From Lytechinus pictus (lineage: Eukaryota): 60,000 nt of DNA. The stretch lies in the NCBI RefSeq assembly GCF_037042905.1, contig NC_087251.1, positions 48,052,001 to 48,112,000 on the forward strand. Direction: 5' to 3'. Of this stretch, positions 45,258 to 60,000 are shown piece by piece (the stretch's first letter is position 1; every line of letters starts with the position of its first letter). The notes under the pieces are model-generated. The model saw only the letters and a program-made list of their open reading frames with translations. It ran no database searches and had not been told where the DNA came from. Both the position numbers and the translations under genes were made by a program.

Positions 45258-48139
45258 ATAGCTTGGTCTATATAAGTTATCTATTCTAGGATATACGCTC
45301 ATTCCAAAGCAACATAACGGACTAAATAATAATAATAAATAATAATAATACATTATGATTTATATAGCGTCTTTTCCATTTTGATTAAATGATTTAATGT
45401 CTAGTAATAGATTATATTACATCAGTTCTAAACTAAAGTAAACACAATGACTTATATGGTTAGCCATAAACCAAGTCTAAGACCGAGGTGAGTACACTGA
45501 CTTATGAACACTGAACTTCGTGAAAGAAAGGGACATAACATCCATTTTCACGTTGATTCAACAAAACCGTAATAAGGAAAGGGAGATTACGGTGCTGGCG
45601 CCAAATTGTTTTCCCCAAAATGTGCCGGCCTTATAACATGTCAAAAGTAGGATAGTCATAACGTAAATGTTAGTTTTATGAATGACGTATGAAATCGGAG
45701 AGAGTTTTTATAAATCGTGTTAGCCTATTTTCTGGGAAAAAATCACAAATATTCTAGCAGTAATCAGTGGATTTGGAAGTCAAACATGACTGCCTGTTTC
45801 ATCACCTCCCTTCAGATGTTGTAAGAGAGGGACACGCACGCACCCCTCTACAACCGGGTGTTGTGGAGCAGAACTTTTATCCATGCTACATGGGAACACA
45901 TGAACGGCAGAGGTTTGAGGTTCTGACCCCGGGTGTCAAGATATTCGGAAGGTGGCAATAACTTCGGCCCCAGACGCAAATGATCACATCTGATTTGTAC
46001 ACGCCTCTAAAAACAACCCCCCAAAACACACCGACACGTACCCACCCACAAACTCACCCACACCCCCACACTTCTCCCACTGACATACCACCTGTAATGC
46101 ACCCAAAATACAACCACATGATCACCACATTATCTAGAGCAGTAGCAGCACTTGAAACATTACAGGAAGCACTCTCCTCTTAAGGACAGCGTCTATACTT
46201 TTTTGGGACGATTACTACAAGGTTCAAAATTACCAAGAAGAGTATAAAAGAGAGGTGTCACAATTTAATTGGGATATACACGATGTGATTCGAACGACCG
46301 TATGCCAACAAAAAATAGATATCGGGAATTCTGCCCAAATGGATTGGGAAGCATCACCCACACAATTCGAATGAAAGTAAACCACGCTTTATCGTTTACA
46401 TTCCGCCTCTCATTTTATGCTACTCATTAAAACTGCTAAACTGCGGCCCTGGATATAAGTGAGATCTAATATTATTGCCTTCTTTTATGGTAATCTATTT
46501 TCTAAACATTGTATTTGTCTTCCGATTTTTCTCAATGTGTTGTCTTTTTCAGGGGGACATTTATTGCATGTTATTTCATGTCTAGAAAGGGCCTCCAGCA
46601 TAGAAGCCGATCAACGCATCAGTGAATTAAATTCAAGATCAAGCAATGCGTTGATAGCTGTGCAATAGTTTTCTTTTGTAATTCTGGCAGAGGGGAGACA
46701 AGCCCCTATACGCCCCTTCCAAAGAGCAAGTACAACCTACATTAACTACATCGCGGTTTTTCCAAGGCCCCTTCTGGTGTTTGCCTAAAAAGCGCAGTTA
46801 CGGGACATGTGCTTGTCCACGTCTAATTGGTTCAGTTTTTAAGGCATGTTACACGGTAGATGACTCCTCTCACTCGGCGGAGCGCGTGGAAATGGACATG
46901 AAGTGGCACTGGTAAGGCACTTGAGAACTTTAATTCAGTAGAAAAGAAGTTAGAGTGTATTTGCCGAGTAAAGGACGGGCTATTTTGACGATGACGGATC
47001 CTCACATCATGTACTTGATATTCTGGGAGGCTACGTATTCGTCACCCCTCTCTCTTTCGTCCGTAATGTTGAAAAGACCCCTCTTATCATTTTCAAGAAA
47101 TGGATGAAAAATTGCGCTAAGGATATCAAACACAAGGCTCATGCATGTCATCATAGGAACACACTTTCTCAACGTTGGTCTACCATGTGCACCAGCACAG
47201 TCTGTATCACACAATTAACTTGCTATCGAAAGAGTATGGCATTACTTTACTCCATATTATCTTTTTTTTATTAAAAAAATATTAGCATATATCATTGTCG
47301 ACAAGTAACGGGTGATTGTCATTTCAATGCAGCACTTAGAGGTCCCCATAGCATATCAAATCATTAATCATCCAAATCAAATCTAGTAAAGTGCAAAGAG
47401 CACTGTTATGCATGAAATAAAACAAGGTTGGCGGCGTTGCATTGAATAGGAATCCTTGATTTTTATTGGTCGGCTGTTGTTCAGTATCATTATCATTGAA
47501 ATTAATAAGGATTGCAAAGTTTATATTTCGAACTTTTAATAAACAGAGCTTTTTAAGAAACAGAGCTCTGTTATATAATTTCCTAATAAAGATCTCACGT
47601 ATGATTATTTTACGTCTAAGCAGATAATGGTGCAAGTACCTCTTGTATTCAAAATCGTCTTGGGACTATGAGAAGCGAGAGTATTATGATTAAAATCTGG
47701 AGCATTCCCATTGCTTCGGATACTGCTTGGCAGCTTGGTTTTCACGGCACTACTCGTAAATTATACTCATATAATGTAAGGTAGATTTGTCATTTATATC
47801 TTATCGTTGATTGACATGCCTAAAGCGTCGCTCATATTTACTAAAGAACTGTATGTCAAGGCCTGTCTTTTTTTCCTTTATATAAAGAAAATTACAGACT
47901 ATTTTTTTAACAGGTGCATTGTCATAATTTTAGTACAATTGATCATCGGTTAATTCGCGCCGAAGATGTATTTTTAGTACATTAATTTTGTAACCGAACG
48001 CTCCGATTTCACACCATGGAAAATAATAAATAAATCGTGAATTTCGTGTATACAATCTCATTTCTGTGTGTATTTTGTAAAGGGACGGAAAAGGGAGAAG
48101 GGGATATACGAAGAGATACAGTACAATCTTTATAATGTA

Positions 48140-48760
48140 TGGACACACTGTGGGAGTTAAGTGTAATCTTACTCATGAAGGTATACTAAAAATGCGTCAG
48201 TGAAGAGATAGATAAATAGGTAAAGAGAGAGAGAGAGGGAGGAGAAGGAGAAAACCCACACAAATAATATAACTATCAATATATGATTCAGTGCGATCTT
48301 CAGAAGATATGAACATACTGTGGGAGTAGATTGTGTATTCTTAATCATGGGTTATACTAAAAAGGCGTTTGAAGTGAAGAGATAGATACGTATATAGATA
48401 GAAAGCGGGAGAGACAGGGACATAAAACGATACAAATAACACTAATTAATTATGATTATCAATCTATAGAAGATGTGAACACACTATGAGAGCAAATTGT
48501 ATACATACTTGTGAAGGTATATTACAACGGCATTTGATGTGAAGAGATAACTATATAGATAAAGAGCGAGAGAGACAGAGAGGAAAAACCGACACAAATA
48601 ACTGTAATTATCAAATGATGAAGTTTAATCTTTAGAAGATGTGAACACACTATGAGAGCACATGGTATACATACATGTACTTGTGAAGGTATACTACAAA
48701 CAAAAAGGTGTTTGACGTGAAGAAATAGGTAGATACAGAAATAGAGATAAACATAACGAA
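48140..48760. repeat. Degenerate tandem repeat, ~165-170-bp unit, ~4 copies, with a further copy near 49330-49500
   Basis: ACACACT.TG.GAG..GAAGGTATA..GTGAAGAGATA recurs at ~48143, 48311, 48477 and 48643. Confidence 0.75.
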
Positions 48761-48859
48761 ATAAAAAAATACACACACACACATTCACACACACATACAC
48801 TTTTTTATTTATTAAAAAAAAAACAAATGCACACCTAGCTACCAATAATGCATATAGCA

Positions 48860-48998
48860 TATCAATTTATTTGAAAGCAGGATAAAAGAGCATTGTAGAT
48901 TAAATGCCTTGCTCACGGGCATAGGTGCCGCGGCCGGGATCGAACCCCGGACTTTCCATGTTTAGCTAGGCGCCTTAGACCACTCGGCCACGGCACCT
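48860..48998 (-). mobile_element. tRNA-derived SINE (a head-only relative lies at ~53568-53640, +)
   Basis: TGGCCGAGTGG A box, GGTTCGATCCC B box, body TGCCCGTGAGCAAGGCATTTA. Confidence 0.8.
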
Positions 48999-49010
48999 AC
49001 ACACACACAC

Positions 49011-49047
<37 letters not shown>

Positions 49048-49189
49048 GGTAATGCATTGTAGTTCCAACAAAAAAAAACTTTGTAATATTAAAAGAAATA
49101 AACTTTGTTGGAACTACAATGCACTACCCCTTTGTCTCTTTTATCTAATCTGTGTCCAAAACGCGGAATGTAATATCGTCATATATATA

Positions 49190-49229
<40 letters not shown>

Positions 49230-52029
49230 ATCAAAAAAAGAACCCATATAAATAGTAGCATAATTATCAATAAATAATACAGGACGTTCGTTAGAAGTTA
49301 TGACAGTAAATTGTATACTTACTTGTTAACTAAAGGTATACTTAAAAGGCATTGGCGTAAATAGAGGGAAAGAAAGAGAGATGGAGAGAGACCATACAAA
49401 TAACACCAGAAATATTTAAAAGATATGAACAGACTCTGAGAGTCTATTCTTAACTCTCTTCTAATTGGATACCAAAAGGTGTAATATATGAAGAGCGAGT
49501 GATAGAATGATAACTAAATTAGGGAAATAACCCAGAAATATTGGATGTGAACCTGCGCGCGCGCGCGTGTGTGCGTTAGTCTGTGTGTGAGCGTAACAGG
49601 TGAGTGTATGCGTTTGTGATGGATAGATAGAGGAAGGAAATGAATGACAAGGAGAAAACAAAGAATGAGAGACAGAGGGAGAGTGAGTGGGAGTATGTGT
49701 ACATGTGAGTAAGGGTGTGTATGTGTGTGGAAGTGTGAGAAAGGGAGAAGGGACAGAGACAGAGTGGAGAAAGAGAGAGAGAGAGCGAGGGTGAGGGGAA
49801 GAGAGATAAGGGGAGAAAGAAACAGGAGATATGGAGAGTAAAGGGGAGAGGGGGTCTCGGCGGCGAAGAACAATGGATCAGGCGGAGCGAAAGCCTTAGA
49901 CTCAGAATAAGATAATTGAGACCGAACCACTTGCAAAAATTATGACATTTTAATGTGCTCGAAAAATTTGATACCCCGACAATCTCTTGAGGCGGAAAGG
50001 ATTTTGAGGTGTTTCGGTGGGAAATATTGGAATTGGAGGCAGAATGTCTCACACAAAAGATCCCTCAAAGGGCAGATATAGAGATACGGTTGACAGAAAT
50101 TAATGCCGAAAAGGGAGAATTCATCAAAATATGATTCAAAGTGTTTTCTCCTCGAGTTCCCAGTTAAATTCCACCGTGTGTCTTTTTGTGCATTCTTTTC
50201 AGGTATTTTTTGTGAAAACTCTAACACTTTTGAAATAAAATTTACTGCTCAAAGTTATCCATGAGATATTATATGTTTCTTTGACTGAACCCTAACCTTT
50301 CTTCTTTATATAAAAAAATATGAAGTCATCATAATCACGCGGGAATACAATTGAATTTATACTATTAAATAAAAGGCAATTTCTAAAGTGAAATCTATAG
50401 GACTTTGTGTTAAAATCTTAGTGCATAAAAGGTGACAGAAAAGAAAAAGAAGGAAAAGAAAAACATTCATGAAGAAAGGCCCCCCCCCCACCACATGCAA
50501 TTGGGACGTCTTGCATCGCACAAGGGGTCTGTAAATTGAGGGGACAGACAAGATGGATGAGGATTACTAACGTGATTTCAACAAAATATAATAACCGAAT
50601 ACGAAAAAATTAGAATATGATCAAAATTCACATGTAAGACATTTTTGTCAAACATTTCCTCTCCTACATTTAATCTTTCTTCACCCCTGATTGAACTTAT
50701 AATGGATGATTGTAGTGTATCATTAGCACTAATGCATCCCTTGGAAATGGACGATGGCAAAAATGAAGGAATGTGATACGAATATAGCATTCTTACCCCC
50801 CGCCCCCATCGAGGGAACAGAGTGCCCTCCACCCGATAAGCAGGGCGTGATACAAATCTTAATCGCCCATAAAGCATGCCGCCATTGATTTGAGATTGCC
50901 CGATATTGTTCTGAGGGATGCAAAATTACTTTCCTCCGACACATCCCTCTTTTCCTACAGTAATTGCTCTCCCGCTAAAGACAGACAAGAAAGATGAACT
51001 TGCAAATAAAATGGGAGGTAAAGTCTTGCTAATCTCTTAATCGTATGAGTATACATTCCTAGTTTTTCTCGTGCATTTTTCTAACTATTATTCTTTGTGA
51101 CAAACAAGGGCCTTATCAACTCGAAAAACCAAAAACGATTTATCAATGTAAGCATTTTTTTTCTCATCTGATAGGGATCAGTTAATGATCCATGCCTGCT
51201 TTATGAAGCAATGAAGAAATTACCAAATAACAAGGTGTCTTTATTGTACCTTAATTTTCGTGCCCCTTTTTTTTTCAGTAGTTCATTGTTCTTATAGATA
51301 TACTCTGCGCATGATTAAGAATATAATGTTAATTTATAGTTTATCACTTAGCATAGCGTCATTTATTTTTAAGCGTTTGGGGTGAAATACAAATGTTTGA
51401 TTCTGATACAACATCATATACATCTAATAGATGTGGCACCTTCTCACATTGTAACATAAATAAATCTATATATTAATATCAAACAATCCTTTTCCGGCAG
51501 AAAAAAAAAAACAACTTTATAAATTGAATTTTTTTTTCTCAAGGTTGCACAACAAAAGTCTATTAGTCAACTTTAACAAATTTTAAACCAATATAATTGG
51601 CCTGATCTTTTTTAATTTCTTTAAAATCTAAGATCCAATTTTCGAGATCGTCACTAATTGCAATCCTAGAAACCTCCAACGATCAGCTGTTCTATGCATT
51701 AAGTTTTATTCGAATAACCCCATTCTTGTTTCTGTGGATCAATGTTACCCAAATCAAGTAGCTTAAGTTATTGCCCTTCCATTTGTGGTTCTGTGGTCGA
51801 ATAATCTTCAGGCATGATACTGATATTTACATCATGCACTTTATACTCTGTAATTACGTATTCATCAATCGCCCTCAATTTGCGCCGCTTTAAATTTAAT
51901 TTCTTTAAACATTCTTAATTTCATATGCTTAATGTGAGTGACATGTACTCGACAAGTCCATTTACATGACAGACTGTCAGTAAATCATGTACGATATATG
52001 CATGTTTATCATCTTCATACCACATTCTA

Positions 52030-53007
52030 CAGTGCGCATAAAAAAAAAGTTTACACTTTGAAAAAGCCCTGGGTATTAACAAATATATAACATGTGGGTA
52101 ATTTTTTCACATATAATCTTGGATTTGGGTCTCATCTATCCAATAAAAGTAAAAGTTTTGACAGAATGTTACACTTGAGTGAGCACGGTCCATTTTTGTA
52201 AAGCTCGCAGAAATCTGCTTGCGCAGAAATACTCGTTTTTACGCTGTGTCAAGGGGAAAGGGCGCCAATCAAACTTACCCTGCGAAACATTTCTCATACA
52301 TTTTCCTTACACTTTTAGTCAATTGAAATAAAACGGATACATTCAAGCATTTTGTAACAATTTTGCCACCCAAATTGAAATTTCAACATTAAGTAAGCAT
52401 AACCTTTACCCTTTTTGTGCCAGCTGGATCTGAGGACATAGCTGAATCTGAACAAAAGTTTATATCAGACATTTCCAGCATTTTTTCACTAAGTTTTTAT
52501 CATTTAAAGTGGGTTTACATTTCTTTTTTTCATTTATACTTGTTTCTTCACACTTTTCCCAAGCTTGACAATGATCAACAAAATGAAAATCAAGCCTAAG
52601 CCATTTCATGTAAATCACAGCTCAGTGTAAAGCAAATATCGTCACGATGGTCTCGGTGCGTGGGGGAGTGGGGTGGGGCGCAATGCACTCTTCGAAGTGT
52701 TCTGGGCAAGGAAACAAGTTAAAGATATCTTCAAATAAATTTTACAAGCTAAATTCCACGTGTTCTTCATGATTAAGGACTACCTCTAACGCATAACTAT
52801 TTCAAAGTTCTGCGCAAATCATTTTTTCGCTAACTTTTCAAAAGTAAGTGGTGCTCACTCAAGCGGAAATATTTTTCGAAAATTATATCGTCATTTGCTT
52901 AAATGGATCTGTACCAATGTTAAAATGTGGAAAAATCTTCAGGATATTACAAATGTATAATTTTACAGGATTTTTTCTAAGTGTAAACTTTTTTTTTATA
53001 CGCACTG
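52030..53007. mobile_element. Tc1/mariner-type non-autonomous element
   Basis: TA|CAGTGCGCATAAAAAAAAAAGTTTACACTT..AAGTGTAAACTTTTTTTTTATACGCACTG|TA. Confidence 0.88.
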
Positions 53008-56000
53008 TATATTAAGAGTTTTCCAAGACTGTACTGTGTGGATAGTACTGAAAGCACTCATAGAAGATCTTAAAGTGAAGAATATAATCCCATGACGCCC
53101 CTCCATCTCGCTAATGGAAATCAATTGACATGTCATGGTATTGACAGGAGAGATGGATAGCAAGAGAGGTATAGAGAGAGATGGGAAGGAGTGGGTTTGA
53201 GGTTAGATCCTAGTATGAAAGATATTATAATATAGCTCAATAATATTTCATCTGCTTTCGGTTATAGACCCACAAAAGTTTAATCGTATTTTGAAATCAC
53301 AACAGAACGTTGCACGTGGTCCGAATCTTCTGAATATCACGCATGTGACAACTATTCAAAATGGTTTTATATCTTGCTTTTTTATTATCATGGATTTGAA
53401 ATGCGAAATATAATGACATCAGTTATTCTAAAAGGTTGCTGCATTGAATTATTATTAATACAGTATGCTATCCATCAATAACAATACACATCAATTATTA
53501 TCAATACAGTATGCTATCCATCAATAACAATACACATTAATATGATATCAATACGAAATGGAACGGTGGAGGTGCCGTGGCCGGTGGTCAAAGGCTCCTG
53601 ACGAGATACATGAACCAGAATGTCCGGGTTCGATTCCCGACAAAGAAATCTTGTATTTATCAAACTGGACTACTTTTAATCATATTATTGAAAATAAATG
53701 AAAATAATATTGGCATTGATTTTACCAACGTGTGCACGTGCTAAACAAAAAACAAAACAGCTGGAATGCTACAAGAAATGCCATCAACCTCATTTCGTCC
53801 TGAAAAGGTTGGACTTCCTAAATGATTCAATTTTCTTCAACATGAGGTTAAAACACATAAAAAGAGTAATGTATACATTTCGCGGTCAGTCCCACAATGT
53901 CAGAACTGATTGAATAATGAGATGGATCATGCAAATTGGATGCAAGAATTCCCGCAAAACGACACGTAAGGACGGAAGACATCAAAGTTGGTGACGGGCG
54001 GAACAAGAAAAAAGCCAAAACGAATTTGGTGTGTAGCAGTGAAAATCTGTCTTTTCTTTCCGCACCGTTGATGATGATACAAAGAGCACTTAATCAATGT
54101 GACGTGAGAAAGGAATGTGAAGAGGAACGGATGGCATCTCCCTGGTACACTGACCGCATCATGATACATCTTCGTTGCTGTATTGGGGTTAATGCCTGAC
54201 AATAGTCCCGTCCATGAGTTTTGTGGTGGGTACATACCATGTCAACTGGCACAAGGATGTAAGCAGCTTCCTGGTAACTTTGCAGACAACGAGCGGGGAT
54301 GTGATTTCTTGCGGTTTTATGCTCTTTCACCACAGAGTTTGATCGGACTGACTCCAACTTATGCTAAGTACTGTCACACTGGCGAAACCCACTTCAGACC
54401 GATCAAATCTATTACGCCGTTTCCAATGACATAATCATTGTCGGTTTGGAGTGGTTTCGTTGGTGTGACCACATAAGCTCTACGTGTATTTTAGGTTCAA
54501 ACAGTAGGGAAATCCTGATTTTAGTATGAATGCACAATAGATATCGTATTGAAATCGATCCCAAACTGCTACTTTGCCATGCACCAGGATTGACGGCATA
54601 AAACTTTTAAGTATTCATACAACCTTTGAAACTTCGAAAAGTATAGGTATTTTTGGTATCAAGTAGGAGTTATACAGGCCTACATAGTTTCCTTCATAAA
54701 TGAGGATAACAGATAGATTGTGTCGTGTGCGCCAATCGATATGTTTGCTTATCACCCACACCTCCTCACACCCTTCCTAACCCACACTCCTATTTCAGTG
54801 CTTAACCTAGTATAACTTCAGTCAAACTCCATGCCTTATTGGATTGGCTAACGACGCGTGATGGCTAACCTGTCACCGTTAATCACCTATCACCGGATTT
54901 GTATTCCTTTTATGATTGTATTTATTCTTTAGAGTGACCAGAGTGTCCGTACTTCCAAAATATTGTCAAATACATCTTGGGTCACGATCAATCTAATTGT
55001 CCATTTATCAGTATTATCTGTTATTTGGATTTGTATGTGTTTGCATAGTTTACTTGTGTGTAGGTATGGTTTATATTGTGAGTGTGATGGGTGTGCATGC
55101 ATGTCCGTGTGGGTATATGTGCGTTTCTGCAATTGTGCGTGTAAATTGACGTATGTTTGACCTTGGTTGTCTCCCTTGGGACCAATCTTAATTTTCTCCA
55201 ACTCCACTTTCATATTGTTAGATTAGTATCAAAGTATTGAAATCGCATTAAAGCATTACACTTTCAACCACTTTCAAGCAAAATCCGATTATGACCTGTT
55301 CGTCTTTTGGTGGCCTTAAAACCATGCTAACGGTTCATGAAGTTGTTTACGTTCATATATTAACAGAAGCATATCTAGAAAAGGGTATCTTGAACATTAG
55401 AACATGACATAGATCGCCATTTTATAACGTTGTATGATATGATACATACATTATGAACATGTATTAATTTCGATACAGAGGGGATGAATGACAAAAATAG
55501 AGACGATTATATTTGTGAAGTTGATTGTTTTATGATTTCCTGACCCAAATTATATGTCTTAAAAGCTGAGTAGAGAACTGTTTACTGACTAAAAAGCTAG
55601 TTCATATTAAATTGCCTAATACAAATTGAAGAGGCGATATTATCTAAAACCTGTGTGTGAGCGATATCTCGACGGACTTGATGAAAACCAAATCTCAAAT
55701 TTTCACCGGAAGGTATTGACCGACTACCAAGTTTCGCATTCGTATTGTAAGGTTCTAAAAAAAGTCGCTGGGGGAAATTGTAAATGCCGCTTCTCTTTAC
55801 AGTTCAATTCCATCAAACGTTTTAAAGAGCTTTAGAACAAGTTCAATCAATACTTTTATTCTCAGCTCTCGGAAACTTTCCAGTCGGATTTAAAACCATG
55901 GTGCTGAAAGTAGTCTGCCTTATATCAAGTTGGAATATTGTGATCATTACAAGAAAAAGTAATTCTGGTAGCGTCCGAGGAGGAGACACTTCGTGACATT

Positions 56001-57068
56001 CTACGGAAGTCAACGGTTCTAGAGAATAGTGCATTTGTTGCCCGAGGGGTAATACTGTACATGATCGCGCCTCTGCCCGCCGTGATTACACCAGCCCAAA
56101 AGGCGCGTGCCTTATCCCAGCGCAACAGCTCATCCCCATTCTTGGTATCAGTCAGTCCCAATTTACTTTCCGACCCCACTGCCCATTTGACAAGAAAAGT
56201 GTCCAGAGTAATAGAGCATTCTCCATTAAAATGAATTGACGACGGGTATACCAACTATCTTCTGATAAGTTTGATTTTTTTTCCAAGTTAAATTTAAGGG
56301 TTGACAAATAGACGAAAGCCCCATTCCTTAGTTTCCAAATCCATTCTTAATTTTGAAAAAAAAAAAACATCACAAAAGCATGAAAAGTACCATGTAGGCC
56401 TGAAGACGTGGACACCATACTAAACTACGAAGCCCTTCGTTTTGAACTGCTGTCTCACTTGATAAAATGATTTTAAAAAATTGATAAATTCCGTAATTCA
56501 GTTCACACTGAATCAAGAGATATACCCGTTTTCGTTTTTGGTCAACTTTACTTAACTTACTTTACTTAACTAATCCATCAATTACTTTATGCTAAACAAG
56601 AATAAGAAACGTGTCTTGATTTCCTTATCAATCTTCACCCACAGTATTAAAGTAACATCTTAACGCAGCGGCACACACAATATCCAAACTTCAATTAAAC
56701 TATGTACATGCATCAAAGGTTATTACTGAAATATAAGCCAAAACCAAAGAGACCTCTAATATCGCGTTACAGTTCAATCAACTATCGTATGTTTGTAATA
56801 GTAGCCGTTCATTGCTTAGACTTGCCAATGACGACTCTCGTCCATTTTATTAGACAAAACATTTCCGAAAAGACATTGGGACTACTGCTCACGATTCGAT
56901 CTCCAGCTTAGATGTCCTTGGGCTGTATTATTTATTGAAATAATGTATTTCTTGAAAAATTTGCCGAATGCAAAAAATTGCTGAAGTGAATCAATCACCG
57001 ACAACTGAACTCTTCAATAAAATTAAGATCGAAAATGAAATCTACGTATTCGAGTATGGAGGGTTGTA

Positions 57069-57468
57069 ATGTCTCACCTTCTAACAGTAATACCAAGCCT
57101 TAGGCTGTACACAATCATGGTTTGATCAAACAGGGGGGTATAATTATATTCTTAATCGTCTAGTTGTTACAAAAACTTCTAATAAAACAATGATGTCTCA
57201 CCTTCTAACAGTAATACCAAGCATTAGGCTGTATACAATCATGGTTTGATCAAACAGGGGGGTATAATTATATTCATAATCGTCTAGTTGTTACGAAATC
57301 TTCAAATAAAACAATGATGTCTCACCTTCTAACAGTAATACCAAGCATTAGGCTATACACAATCATGGTTTGATCAAACAGGGGGGGGGGGGTATATTAG
57401 ATTTCTCTGAAAGACAAATTAATTCATAATCGTCTAGTTGTTACGAAATCTTCAAATAAAACAATGAT
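57069..57468. repeat. Tandem repeat, 124-bp unit, 3 copies
   Basis: ATGTCTCACCTTCTAACAGTAATACCAAGC at 57069, 57193 and 57317. Confidence 0.92.
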
Positions 57469-58780
57469 ATATGTACTGGAAGAAAATGTTTTAAACTTTG
57501 AAAAGATTAACATGTTTCTATTTTCGGCTGAAACGTATATAAACGTACGGAAGAGCTCCCAAGAACGGACTATAGGCCTATTCCAAATAAACTGACATTA
57601 CATTGGGCCAGAGTCCCCAATTTCTGAACTTTTAAAAATTCTTGGTCAGATTTGACCAGTAAAAAGACAATTTGGGGCCACATTCTGTTTCGGAGCAGAA
57701 ATATCTAGGAATAAGATGAGTATGACCCGGGACACGTTGTTACCCCATCTGACCAATTTCCGGGTAAATTTGACCTGGCATTTTTTATCAAAGTACTTTG
57801 GATTGAATCCTTCATTAGAAACATTAGAGGGCTTGGGTGTTACAACATAAACACATAACGAAAATGAATACTCATAATACATGCATTCCTGGTCGATAAT
57901 AAGTAATAAGGGCTATATGGAAATCCGGCAATGATTGTAAATTGGAAAATAAATAATTCACCATTATACACTGCTACTGATAATTCGCATATGTGACTCT
58001 CGGGTTCGTTCAGAGAAAATCAATTCAACACTCCCCTCGGATCTCGGACGAAAGGTGGGAAGCCATTCGGTTGCCATTTTTTTTTCAACATGTGACTAAA
58101 ACCTGTTTTTGTCATTAATAAATAAAAATACACATCTGGAAATTATTCATAGCTACGACACCAGAACAAGGCATGTTATTTTCATCTCCCAGATTATACT
58201 TCATTTAGTTTTCATATGGATGTTTTATGGGAAATATTCAGCTTTTCGCCTTCATATTTTTACGCCCCTCGCTTACGTTCAAAGAACGATTGAAATTCAA
58301 AACGATGTAATGATAATAATATTTTGCTATAGCTGCAATTCAACCAGTAAAATATTTATATTTTTGTTATAATGGTTCTATTACAGTTAGAATTGAGATG
58401 GTAAAATCCTAAACATATTTGCAACATGTATGTTTTGGATCCTCTACAGAGAATCATTTTTATCATACATGCATCTCTTTATAATATGTTTCAAAGGTTT
58501 TACATTTTATTTATGTGAGCAGTATGCACCGAAAAAAATTTATAATGAGGCGGTCGTGAAACCTATTTCGCTATATAACCATAGCTCTTTGAATTTTTTT
58601 CTACATTCTACACTTAAGTATGTGTCCAACCAACATTGAGCATTTCTTTTCGGCATTTTTATTTTTAACCTTACTGGACAATATGCTTCCCCCATTGGGT
58701 AAAATACTGCCCAAAATTGGTTAGACACATAATTACCCTCGTGCTGGTTAAGATTTTAGCAAATATTTTTTTACAGTGTA

Positions 58781-58781
58781 A

Positions 58782-58862
<81 letters not shown>
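58781..58862. repeat. (TA)n microsatellite (others at ~49010-49046, 49182-49229, 59006-59071)
   Basis: Read directly from the sequence. Confidence 0.95.
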
Positions 58863-58865
<3 letters not shown>

Positions 58866-59041
58866 TAATAATACGGTGGAGCGAGTTGCTTAGATTTCAG
58901 TTGTACAAGACTGTTTCCCCCTGAGGGTTCATCAGCAACTAAACAACATGAAGCTCCTATATGTACATGTAGTTGAGCACTTTTCAGTAACTGCAATTTC
59001 GTACTATATATATATATATAATATATATATATATATTATAT

Positions 59042-59072
<31 letters not shown>

Positions 59073-60000
59073 TCATGATTATTATAATAAATAATAATAA
59101 ATGACCATATTGGATATTATGGTAACTGCGCCGCTCCCCATTAATGCTTAAATTAAAAGGGAATGAACCAACTGCGGATGAGTATCCTTATCTGCAGACT
59201 GTTTTTCGATAAGGTAGATTTCAAAGCAAATCATCGATAGAAAATCTGAATCATAATAATTACCGCCAATCCTCCGTCCTACAACTTTGCCTAAATACAT
59301 TTACTGCTGTGGAAAGTTTCATACCAATCTGTTTAATTCAGAATTTATATTGCATACATCTTACTACTGTTTGATAGCAGGTAGAAAATTGGGAAAATAA
59401 AAAAGAAAAGAAAAGAAGAAAAGAATGGAAAATATATAAATTGTCTATTGTTAATACTTGAATGTTTTATGAATTAATATTCAGCATAAGTGACTTTTCC
59501 GAATTATAATTGTAGCATGTTTATAATTGGTTTATGATTATGTAAGTCAATAAGAAAACCCAACATTTACAGCCAAAGCAAACATGCGTGTAGAACAACA
59601 AGTGTTAAGAGTATAAAAGGAGAAACGCATTTTATGAAAAGAAGTCATCTTAATCGAAATCAAGCATTTTGATGAGATGTTATCACAAGTTGATTAGTTT
59701 TTCATGATAAGGAGCTATTTTTAACATCTTAAAAACTACCGTGAGATAAGACTAAAAATATATCAGGGAAAATCATCATTGTTTTCTTGGCGTGAAGCTG
59801 CAGTGTACCATGGCTCCATCATCTTCCCACATTCCCACATTATTTTCATTTCATCTTTTGAACATATCATAACACTCATCTCATCTTACCAATTCACGTT
59901 CATTAACTGATATCGCCCTCCTTATCCTTTCTAATATTCCAATTCCTCCGGCATCTTTTCTTTGTTCCTCCATTAATACTCTCTGTTTCAAACCTCTCTT

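Noticed and set aside
53453..53540. ~44-bp direct duplication
   Set aside because: Ordinary local slippage duplication with no further structure.

Overview
AT-rich animal genomic DNA with spliceosomal introns. The repeat families and the neuropeptide point to an echinoderm, most likely a sea urchin (inference). Two genes are well supported, both on the minus strand. (1) A complete 10-exon FANCL gene (Fanconi anaemia E3 ubiquitin ligase; CDS 24533->2743, 1131 nt, 376 aa), reconstructed by hand with GT-AG junctions and consistent phases; the ORF track shows only fragments of it. (2) A 115-aa secreted precursor with a six-cysteine eclosion-hormone-like peptide (35334->34987), apparently preceded by a non-coding first exon and TATA box near 38.1 kb. 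FANCL intron 1 holds a candidate antisense promoter and first exon (~23760-23880, +) and a candidate alternative first exon (~19527-19640, -); each is followed by a strong hairpin. The rest is dense in non-autonomous DNA transposons (hAT-like with 8-bp TSDs, Harbinger-like, Tc1/mariner-like, a TGT..ACA foldback with a 5-bp TSD, a Helentron/HINE-like element), tRNA-derived SINEs, LINE 3' fragments and tandem repeats. No gene was found in 38.2-60 kb.
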